DNA of 64,000 nucleotides. Source: Phoronis australis. Lineage: Eukaryota; Animalia; Phoronida. The notes below the pieces were generated by a model, which was not told where the DNA came from, made no database searches, and saw only the letters and a list, made by a program, of their open reading frames with translations. The stretch covers positions 1 to 64,000 of the forward strand of contig NMRA01000117.1 in NCBI GenBank assembly GCA_002633005.1, written 5' to 3'. Both the position numbers and the translations under genes were made by a program. Positions 53,804-64,000 of this stretch are shown here, one piece after another. How positions within the stretch are numbered: the stretch's first letter is position 1; every line of letters begins with the position of its first letter.

Positions 53804-54369
53804 TTACATGACTTCAAAAACAGGTCCAGAAAATTTGCACTGCCTGTGTTGAGGATTTTTCCCGATAGATGGCAGCTGTTACCACCTTGTTCTAAAAGCG
53901 ATGCTCCCGTCATCGTATCCAATCCCCGCGCCACCAGTCGAAATAGTTAATGTCATTTTTTTTTTAAATATACGAAACCGTATGTGTCTTAGCGTATTTT
54001 ATTGATATAGACGCAAGGGAGTTTATTGTAGAGGCGTAAAATTTTGTGTTTTAATCCATTCTCTGCCTATCGTAAAAAATGTAACCATACACCTGGAACC
54101 AAAACTTTTTGACATTAAAGAGCCTTGCTGGTATCCTGATCACGTCTGTTTTTATGCTATAGCATGAAATCTTCATAGTCATAAACAACAGTTGACGGAG
54201 TCGTAGTGGATTTGCCTGAAAAGCATCAAACCGACCGATGTTTGTTGAGGACTTCCCGACCAGTCTTTACTATAACACAACAAAAACAATTATTTCTATT
54301 TACGAACGACAAAAGTAGATTTTAGTTCTGTCATGCTTTTACTTTGTTGCTAGAGGTTTTACATGTTTA

Positions 54370-54672
54370 TTTATTATTTTAATTTATTAATTGTATTTAT
54401 TTATTCCTGTTTTTTTCGTTAATAATGTTGTCTTCATACCTGTGCGCATTTTCACTTGATCGTACTCTTTTTGAGCATTACCCCAGAAATTGCTTTCGCA
54501 TTATATCGACCCTCTCATTCGCTCCCTCTCATACATTCAGTAGAAGACCGAGCTCAGAGGAGTAGGAGACACATTTGTGCTGTGCTCGGTTGTCTGACTG
54601 TAAAGCCAGGACTCGAAGCCTGGCCTCCTAAATGGGAGGTCGGAGCTCAAATCACTGAGCCACACTGTCTCC
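54370..54672 (-). mobile_element. tRNA-derived SINE
   Basis: Minus-strand A box TGGCTCAGTGA, B box GCTTCGAGTCC and an A-rich (AAAT)n-like tail. Confidence 0.65.
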
Positions 54673-55962
54673 TCATTGTGTCAATGTATATTTTTGCCCC
54701 TCTGCCATTTCATTTTGTACAGTGTTATTCATAGGCACTGAAAAAGTGAGGGTTATAGCCTCCCGCCCATGTTATTTGTAAGGGGCAACTACTGAAATAA
54801 GTGTTTCACTTTCTGGTGCTATCCACATTTTATTTTTCTCGTGCATCACCATTTTGTGTGTATTATTTTCTGTATTGTTTTTTTTTCAACTATCAAGTGA
54901 CTAAGAAAACCTTGTAGAACCTGTGGTTACATTATGTAACTTCCTCACACTGTTCATCGACGTCACAAATTAATAAAAGCCTGCGTCATACAAACCTACC
55001 GGCAACGTAACAGCTTGATAGAAGGTTTCACGAAAATCTGGGAAAACTTACGAGAGGTACGAGCAGAGCCAAAACACGCATTTTTGAAAAAAAAATCGCG
55101 TCTAGGACATTTTAGTGGGGACGCTGTTTCAGGAAAAATATCGCGCACTACTAGTTTTGTCATTACTTAAGAAGGTTTCTGACGGCTAGTTGAAATGAGA
55201 GGCCTTTCTTAACATTTTTATTCGCTGCGGTTGTGTTTGACGCCTGTGTGCGTTGGTGGAGCAGGAATAAGCAGTCCCCCATTAAGCGCTCTGGGCCTCA
55301 ACCCGAACGAGCACTGTCTGTAGTCCCCATTTCTGACTTGTAGTTTCACTGACCACAATGAAACATTCAGGGTGAAAAACGCAAGTCGGTATTTGTTTAG
55401 AATAAGGATATGTTGCTTTTGGAGAGCATTTCAGACACATTTTTTAACAGAAACCAGCACGAGCCACGCAATCAGAGAACTCATTTCAAGTTTGAGGATT
55501 ATTGTTGAGTAGGGCAGACTTCTTGAAATTATTAATTAACTTTGACCAAAGCTACAAAACAGAAAAACGTTGTTGTGTTTTTGTGATTGTATTAGAAATC
55601 GACGATTCCTGACTTTAGCTTTCAGTCATTCTGTAGAATTAACTGAAATCGTTTAAAATACTCGGCTGTTTACCGCACACGATTTTAGCTCCTCTGGCTA
55701 GCAAAGATGTCGGACTGCGACCTTTAAGGTCATAACTTCGAACACGTCTTGGGGCTTATCTCAAATACACAACGTCGTCGCCAATTTTAATGTCGCTTTT
55801 AAGGCCCGCTTCTTACCGCCCTACGACTGTAGAGTTAACTGATCCAGGTTGTGACAACTCTGCGAAACGGTGACACAGCTCTTTCATCATCTCCACGTGA
55901 TCCAAAGATGGCCTGAGCGGGCTACGTAGTGCAACTTTTACTGAATGTCGTATGTTTTATGG

Positions 55963-56121
55963 CAGATGCGGATTTAGATGGGCCTAAGGGGACCCTGGCC
56001 CCCCTAAAATTCTCCCGAATTCCATTTGGCAGTTAGGGAGTGCGAATGTCTGACGGTCAAAGAAACCTGGCTAATACTCTGTCCTGGGCCCCCCTAAGTC
56101 TAAACCCTCGATCCGCCTCCT
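55963..56121. mobile_element. Short MITE (GCGGAT.TAG / GATCCGCC termini family)
   Basis: Left CAGATGCGGATTTAG; right CGATCCGCCTCC; internal GGCCCCCCTAA motifs. Confidence 0.5.
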
Positions 56122-59100
56122 CTATTCTGTATGGTATTCATTAGTACTACCAAAAACATTCTTTAGGAGTGGAAAAGTAACTTCAGAAATCCCTATTGCG
56201 AGCTTTGAAATTCGGAGACTACGGTATAACATATCATACTTAGTCCTATGGATGAATGTCGTTTTAGACTAGTTTCATCGAGTGGAAATGAGGTCTAAGG
56301 TCAAGATTGGCTTCGTTTATTTAGGTCCTGCATTAAAGGAATACACTTAGAAAGGGCCAGTTCCGAGAACTCTGGTATTCTGCTTATGGGGCTGTTAAAA
56401 AATTCTTTGTTAAAATGGGTTCTCAAGTTTTCAGTGCCTGCCCCCTCCGGGGGGCATGCAAATAATAGATTATTAACAAAAATCACCTAGTTTACTTTGC
56501 TGTTGGAGGTGAGAGGTTCCCCCAAAGAATCATTAATTTCTTACAAGAATAGTAAAGCATCGTTTGTGAATCAATCTATTTTTACTCAGTACCTAAATTT
56601 GTAAATCAAAGTCTTTCCAAGTTATCAGAAGATAACCTTGACATGATGTGCTTTCACAGCGTAAAGCGGTATAAAAGCACAACTAGCGCGCATTTGAGTC
56701 AACTGTCGGTAGTTAAAGGTGCTAAATCTCACTAAAATCGTAAATGTTTAAATTTGCAGCAAACGCCATCTAAGCAACATTTTGTCAGGCGGTCATGTTC
56801 AGTTTCCAGGGGTTCTGTTTTGTGGTGGGGTGGTCATGTTTTTAAGTGTATCGGTCCCATTTTCTGGTCCGTAAGTCCCATTTGACCCTCCCCCCTCGGT
56901 CCCATTTTCTGTTCTGTAAGTCCTATTTGACACCCCTAGGTCCTGTTTTGTGGTGAGTAAATCCGATTTGGAGAACCGGCGGTCATGTTTTGGGTCCGGC
57001 GGTTATGTTGTTTCTCATCCATGCTAAGGAACGCGCGCATATATTACTTTACCGGTAACCGAGAGAGCATCCAACGGAGACGGGGCATCCCACGGAGAGT
57101 GAGGGCCGGAGCTTTACCTCGTGTTGACATGAATTCTGGTTCATTACAGTGATAGCCTGTCACGGTTTACGAGTTAAACTTGCACGCCAAAAATGGCAAA
57201 AAACTTGGTTTACAATTGGCTGTCAGTACATGCATTTTGAGCACCTAAAATCTGTTAGATATTCTGTACACAGCAATCAATAAATCATATTCTCGGCAGT
57301 TCGATCGACACAACGAGTTTCGTACCACTAACTAACTCTGCATCACGAAGAAATATTATCTATTGGAATTCTTTGGAAAAAAGACCCGATGCTTTTATTG
57401 GTATAAAGCCGTCGCATGAACATGTTCTGTGGTTTGCATGACAAATTTGAAAACATTTGTACTTCACCTTATGAATGGTTGACAGTGCCAGATTTCTAAG
57501 ATGAAAAAGGGCAATTTTCCCGCCTCCCCCCACCCCCCCCCTCCAAGAGGTGTCCTCGTCTGAAAAGGCATGCTGCCCAAGTACTCAATGAAAGGCTTTA
57601 TCATTTTTTAAAAAACTAGAAAAGATCGGGTCACCCTCTTTTCACCATCGGGACGACTTTTTCTAGCATAAAAGGTTGTTTTCAAAAACAGGAAAAGCCA
57701 AGCCGATAATTCTATAATGTTCATTTAATAAAAAGGATATAAATGAGAAAGAAATAAGTGAAACCACGCATTCTGTCAGCGGACTCTCTGCAATGAAGAG
57801 ATGGAATTAGCATCAAGTAATTTACAATTTTGAAAACAAACGGATAAAAAGAGAGCGACAGAAGCCTCTATTGTACCTTGCCAGAGAGGAGCATCTGAAG
57901 AAATACAGCTTTAATTCTCTAAAAATTGTCTTCTTGAATCGAAAAATCTGAATTAATTTGCACGTACCTCCCGCTTCCTACGTTCCTAATAAGTGGGAGC
58001 GCTCGCCTGCCTGCACCAAAAAATGAAAATCGTAAATGTACCGTACTAACATGAGATAAAATAACCATATTAAGCTAAACTCAAGATTTTATTCACGTGA
58101 AGTAATAGTTAGATTTTCCAAAGCAAACTGATACAGGCTTTTAAATTTAAAAATGTATTTCTCCATGGAACTTCTTTGGCAAAAGATATTGGAGTCAATC
58201 TGTCGCTATCCTTTTTTAATTGTGTGCCCCTTTATATAAATTGGGAACCTGGCGGAAAGAGGCCCTGATGAGAACATCAATTGTTGCTCATTTCCTGTTT
58301 TAGAAATTATTTATCTTTTCATCTTTATATGCCACAGCCCATGGGGAAATGACCACTCTTTTCCTGCTATTTATATCTCGCCCACCAGAGGAGGCACCAA
58401 TGATGGAAGGTCACCTCTTGGAAGGGCACTCTTTTCCATTTTTCTTAATCATGTACCCTTTTATATTCAGACGGCATCCTTTCTGGAGGGGCGCCGTCCC
58501 GGCCTTCCTATAAAACCAGTACTGTCAACTATTGACGAACGTGCCTGGTTGGGTTTCTTGGATTTGTGGTATCGGCAGTATATTCTTTTTAGGGACGAAA
58601 TTCACCGTATCAGCATACTGAAACGTTTGAGACTTAATTTGTATAGCTTAACAGGTTAGTTTTAGTGACCTGTAGAGGACCGACAAGACGTGTCCGCCGG
58701 GCCTATAGCCCGCCTACACATTGAATCACAAACAGTGGAAATACGATTCATGCTGAAAGATCGGAGCTGGTGACTCGAATTTCAAAAACTTATTTTGAAT
58801 ATTGCTTCCGTTATCGGCCTTTCCGATTTCAATTTCAAGCTGTAGATACTCAGAATTCACTTCCGTTCGCGCCGCAATGAGCCCAACTGTGTTGCCTGCG
58901 CACGTTTGTTGCAGTACAGAAGACATCAGACTGTCTGTATAAAGGACATCAATATGTCAAATCTGCTTATTTTCTGTTTATTGTTTACGTTCTCTAGCTC
59001 GTTTTAGTTGTCGCAAAACATAACTCCATATGTCCAAATAACAAAATAAAACAAAAAATCGAGTAGTTGGTTTACTTGAGAAACCAAAGCAATCGTTTTT

Positions 59101-59789
59101 CCGGTGTTTGCGAAAACACCTTTCCACGAAACTTGACTTTGTGCACGCGCAGCATCGTGTAATCAAGTGACACGTGGGGTCAGAAGGTCATAATGAAATT
59201 TTTATGCTTGTGATTACAAACAAAACTTCAATCGCTGCTCGTGCATCATTTTGTGACGGTACGGTAACGTAATGGTGGTTTTGGAAGGAGATAACAACTG
59301 TTACGGAAAATATTCATTGCAAGGAATGGAACGCATTGCAGCGTTTAAGATGTCGTTTTAATGTTAATATTTATAAAATCAGTTCAAAATCATGACACAG
59401 GCTTCGAGACTAAACAGCTCTTATTTAGTACAGCATTCTTGGCCTATAATAGTGGAAAATGAACAGTTATAATGGTATTTGATTTTGTTAAAACCTTCAA
59501 CAAAGATAAACATCAAGAAAGTTCTCTGTTCCATTGTTGTTATACCTTACACCATACTACTATCATCAAAACAGTTATTGCAAAAATGGGAAAAACGATT
59601 TCAGCAAATGTTGAAGAAGTACCGTAAAACGTATGCAACTACAAAAAATGTCAATATTATAGTAAATTAAAATTAAAATTAGTGTTTAAATCATGCGAAT
59701 GCCTTGTTTGCAATTTACTTGTAATTTTTGTTTGTAATTCATTTGGTATGAATAACTTTTTTAGATGTAAGAATCTATAGAGCATGCCG

Positions 59790-59888
59790 GGCCTCGTGGC
59801 TTAGATGGTTAAAGCGCCTGTCTAGTAAATCCAAAAAGAATGGTACCTAGCGAACAGGAGATCGCGTGTTCGAATCACGCCGAGGCCT
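59790..59888 (+). tRNA. trnT-AGT: tRNA-Thr(AGT) with a 25-nt intron (59828-59852)
   Basis: Acceptor stem GGCCTCG/CGAGGCC, D arm GCTT-AGATGGTT-AAAGC, anticodon stem CCTGT/ACAGG with loop CT-AGT-A[intron]A, T arm GCGTG-TTCGAAT-CACGC, and TTTT terminator at 59893-59896. Confidence 0.93.
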
Positions 59889-61548
59889 TCCGTTTTACAA
59901 ATTATGAACAAATTCAATCGAGCATTTAGAGGTAAAGAACACGTGTCGCTGTAACATAGGTCTCAACCTCAAATAATTTTTCATCTTGCGCAGTACCGTC
60001 AGTCCATCATGCTCTGCGAATAGACGCAGTGACACGTCGGCAGGTAATCACAAGTAACAACCAGCCATCCGTTCTTTCCAAGCTCAGAAGTATACTTAGT
60101 TTGACCAATGAACTATTCGATACCTGTGTTGTAACGGAAAGAGGTTTAAATCAACATTTTTGTGTTTTTTTTTTGTTATGGAAAGCGAACCCTTTAAAGT
60201 CAATAAGAAGTTGCGCCTTCAGTATAATAGGAGCAACATTTTAAAATATCATGTGCGTGAAACTTGTCCTATCCGTTACAAAATGACAGTCGTTGGGAGT
60301 ATTTAATTTCACGACTGAAAACAAAATAATGCACTAAATTCACTGTGTTTAATACGTAAGATAACCATACAGCGTGTGTGCCTGGTCAGGTGTTTAGTGA
60401 TGACGTACCTCAGTGCCATTATTACGTCACCATTTGGAGCCACTGATAAAGGAGTAGAAATGCACAGTCACATCACAATTTCGAACATTTTTCAGGTTCA
60501 GGTTTTTCCGATTCAGGTAACGACGGGAGCAATTCAGCCCTTAAAATTTATACAAAGTTATTTGTTTGGATTAATCGATATGTGTCGACAATGCTTGCAC
60601 CCATTGTACGCTCCTTTGCGGGGGTTCAGAAAAATTAAGATCGACGGGATCAAGCACATCCACGTGATAATTTTCGAAGCGCTTAGTAATTTACTGAGCT
60701 ACGTAAATTTGCCATAAATGCTGTTATTATTTTTAATTTTGGAATTTAAATTTAACTAAGCCAAAAACGTTAAAATGACGTCATACTAAAGAAACGAACG
60801 AGTGAAGCTTACGCGTACAGATACACTTGAGGAGAAAATTGAAAAACTCTTTGTTTCGGTTACATGGACTTGAAATACACGAGTGATACTCTTAAGTATG
60901 TTACAAGTAATTCTTTTGTACAGTGGGCCTATGGCCTTTAGTACAGAAATAAAAAACGATTGAAATACACGAGTATGCTGTAACATTTCTTTTTTGTGTC
61001 CTGATCGTTATCAATGTCACTGCTATTGTGATAAACATAACTGTCGTTTCTATTATGGAACTTTGTGATGTACGTCAGTTGATAAAGAACATGAAATTTT
61101 CTGATTTGATGACTGCTTTTTATTCACTGATTCCTCAGTGATGTTTTAATGATTCATCATCTATAGAAAGTTGGGTTAATAAGCGTAGGGATCGTTTGTC
61201 TGTTTAAAAATACAACGACGATAAACAACGACAAGCTACTAAGATGAAATGAAGGTTCAAACATTGACGTTCACGTGACGAGTACGCAGTTGGTTTACAG
61301 AGAACCCATAACATAACACTGTTATATAAAAATATTGGAAATAATACAAAGGACTACATAATGCTTATCTTTGTAGATTGCACTGAGGATGTTCGATGAT
61401 ATCAATGTCGTAATCTGACCACATTGGCAGGTTTGAGTTTTGTTTCGGATTTTTCTCCAACCTATTTCAAGTACCTATTCTCGGAATCACGTAGTTATCA
61501 ATACGACCAGATTAAAACGTTAAATTGTCTATTTGTACAGACAGATGG

Positions 61549-62026
61549 AGCAGACGTGGAAAACAAAAATGACGCTAGATTGCAGCGTGAAAACGCCGTT
61601 TCGATATTAATTAAATATCATCATTAGGTTCAGTCGTTGACCGAAAGCAAAATATCGTGACAAAATGTTCACTTCACATCATAATGCATGGCACAAGATC
61701 TGTCAACTAAAAACTGTACCACAACTCCAGCCTATATGCTCCAACATTTCTGTTGAGTGACCTCTCAGCATGGAGGGCCTGTATGTGAATAGCCTCACGA
61801 AATAAAAGCTTGTAACCATTAAAGTCATGATCGCTAACCTCAGGAAACCGTATAGTGTGACCAATGTTGACAGATTTTGTGCTATGCATTGTTATGTGAA
61901 GTGAACATTCTGTTACGATGTTTTGCTTTCTGTCTGCTATTCACCTCAGTGATGATGATGTGATTAAGATCGAAACGTCGTTTTCATGCTGCACTCTAGT
62001 GTCGTTTTTGTTTCCCACTTCTTGCT
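61549..62026 (-). mobile_element. Penelope-like element remnant: GIY-YIG C-terminal fragment between inverted pLTR arms
   Basis: About 155-bp inverted arms (61549-61707 / 61866-62026). The internal minus frame GHTIRF...LLFREAIHI...SLNRNVGAYRL..W matches the Penelope endonuclease tail. Arms carry (G/A)TGATGA...CGAAACG(T/G)CG hammerhead-like cores. Confidence 0.75.
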
Positions 62027-62243
62027 TCTAATTTGGCCAAAAACCAATATTATGGCGGAGACGACTTTTTGTTCTTCCAGTCAGTAACCTCCAAATGTAT
62101 TCTTCTTGAGTAATTCAGCTCTTTTCTAAGTTCAATATTCTTCACGTTTAGGATCAACTTGTAAAAGAAGTTGCAATAGCTTGATGTATCCTTGGGTTTT
62201 GCCACGTACTTTCCACAATCATTTAGTTTCAGCATTTATTTGT

Positions 62244-62310
62244 AGTCCTCCGTCGAAGCCTAATTGCTGTCTTGTAAAGGAAATCGTGCGTTCAAATCCC
62301 ACTGGGGCCT
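62244..62310 (+). pseudogene. Decayed tRNA-Thr(TGT)-like pseudogene
   Basis: CTGTCT-TGT-AAAGGAAATCGTGCGTTCAAATCCCACTGGGGCCT aligns with the anticodon arm, T arm and 3' acceptor strand of tRNA-Thr. The D arm and 5' stem are destroyed. Confidence 0.55.
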
Positions 62311-63359
62311 TCCAAACATCATCTTTTGTAATATCAAGGTCATTACTATTGATAATCTCGTAATCTTATTTCAAAAAAAAACGAAAAATGCGAAAGAAGT
62401 AAAATGGTCGAAAGCATCAATACACGTACACTAAACTAATAAAACGAAAGAGAAAGTTGTCATAGCCTGGTTTTATTTATGGAAACAAAAGATCGTGATT
62501 TGGTTGGTTTCTTTGGTTTGCAAATGTAGGATCAACGATATGTGTAAGCGATTCTTACATTTACGCGGTAAACTGCTACGAAAAATCTGTTTACTGTAGC
62601 AGTCACATAGAGCTTTCATATATACAGTCATAGCGTGTGGAACGAAACAACAGGACATATCGTCAGGAAACCAAAAGGTTCATTACGCCTCGTAGATGGG
62701 GAACCGTTCAAAATGTTCTTGATTTTTGTGGCATCTAGTATCGTCTAGTATCTGTCGGTATGGAAATGGCAAATAGTTTGCAGTCAGGAAGCCATTCTCA
62801 GGTAAACCCACTAAGTCTTCAAACACAATCACAATTTTGTTTTTCATTCAGGCGAATTCTTATGAATTTGATTTTTGCCGTCTATATCGTAAAGATATGC
62901 CGTGAATATTTCATTCATAATGACGACTCATCTTGTATCAAATATTCTACTGACGATTTACAGTTCTGTATGTCACTTCACAGAATTGCCCGCAGTAAAC
63001 TTCAACTGTTGTTATTTGTATCTTTTTGAAAATTTCTGATGTAAAAATTGCGTTATTGTGGGCTTTTCAATTACTAATAGATAAATCTTGTATCTTATAT
63101 AAGTTCAATGTTTGGGTAACCGATAAACACAGTTGATTGATACTTTGGTTTTCTTTGGAAATGATCTTCACTAACTCGCGTCCAAACCACAGTCTGTACT
63201 ATATGCGGCGTTTGACCACGGGGCAGTTTATTCTGCAATACACAACCGTCGTATGATACACATTTAGTTACCCGTCTCGTTTTCTCACGACCAATACAAG
63301 AATAACATGAGTAAGAAAATAAATATGAAATCACCGGATATGATTTCGCCACAGATAAA

Positions 63360-63470
63360 AAGTGGGTTGGATTAGTCTGCCGCGTGTCTGTTTACAGCTG
63401 CCAATCAACCGAAATGCAAGCATTGATTAGCTGCAGTCGCGCAGAGCAGGCACAGGGGCGGCGCTAAAGC
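63360..63470 (+). promoter_or_regulatory. Putative SoxE proximal promoter (CCAAT box, GC box)
   Basis: CCAAT at 63401-63405 and GGGGCGG at 63455-63461, about 150-200 bp upstream of the ATG. Confidence 0.45.
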
Positions 63471-63604
63471 AAAACCACATGTTGAATACACATTTTGACA
63501 ATATTGAACTTGCCTAATTTAAACCCCGAAAAGTTCTTTTGGGTTCATATCGAATCTCATTACCACACAATCAACTTCTATCAATCTTCAGAGGATATTC
63601 CAAA

Positions 63605-63924
63605 ATGAGCGATTCTGACGCAAGTTATTCAACAGAATCTCGGGAGTCCAGTCCGGATAGGATTATTTCTAAGCCTGACGGCAAGCCATCAGATGAGCTT
63701 ACAACTGATATCCACAATGCAGTTAGCAGGGTTCTCAAAGGTTACGACTGGTCGCTGGTGCCCATGCCAACACGGGGACCAAACGGTGAAAAGAGAAAAC
63801 CGCACATCAAGAGACCCATGAATGCGTTCATGGTTTGGGCTCAAGCTGCAAGAAGAAAGTTAGCCGACCAGTATCCACACTTGCACAATGCTGAGCTCAG
63901 CAAAACGCTTGGAAAGTTATGGAG
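63605..63924 (+). CDS. SoxE: SoxE (Sox8/9/10 group) transcription factor, first coding exon; gene continues beyond the window
   Basis: SoxE dimerisation domain [21 protein letters not shown], then HMG box [43 protein letters not shown]. Donor AG|GTGAGT at 63924/63925 is at the conserved SoxE intron position. Confidence 0.97.
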
Positions 63925-64000
63925 GTGAGTTGTTCATGTACTGTACGTAGCAGTCCGACACTTGCAGCCAATAATTAAACCGCATAAATGCTAAGTAATT

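Noticed and set aside
58382-58397. CCACCAGAGGAGGCAC as a CTCF site
   Set aside because: Spacing is two bases off the core consensus.
63539-63604. N-terminal extension of SoxE in the ORF track
   Set aside because: It starts at TTG. The first ATG, in good context (CAAAATGA), is at 63605.

Overview
AT-rich animal genomic DNA. The Kir sequence and repeat types suggest an invertebrate, probably a spiralian, but the species cannot be fixed from the sequence. Three host protein genes are supported: a spliced F-box/LRR-like gene (- strand, 5683-9889), an inward-rectifier K+ channel of the Kir2/invertebrate Irk type with an intronless CDS (+, 40764-42227), and the first coding exon of a SoxE (Sox8/9/10 group) gene (+, from 63605). 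Kir lies about 21 kb upstream of SoxE in the same orientation, as in human KCNJ2-SOX9 and KCNJ4-SOX10, suggesting an ancient regulatory block in compact form. Between the two genes are a sharp switch from CpG-poor to CpG-rich DNA at about 52.2 kb, CTCF/YY1-like motifs, an intact tRNA-Thr(AGT) gene with an unusual 25-nt intron, a decayed tRNA-Thr(TGT), and a Penelope remnant with inverted pLTR arms. The rest is dense in transposons, including a three-level nest (MITE > L1/Tx1 LINE > THAP-encoding Kolobok), hAT-like MITEs with 5-, 6- and 8-bp TSDs, Tc1/mariner-type elements, a Crypton-like element carrying a tRNA-like Pol III module, SINEs and minisatellites. There is one assembly gap, plus duplications beside single Ns that are probably artefacts. 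No CRISPR or prokaryotic system was seen.
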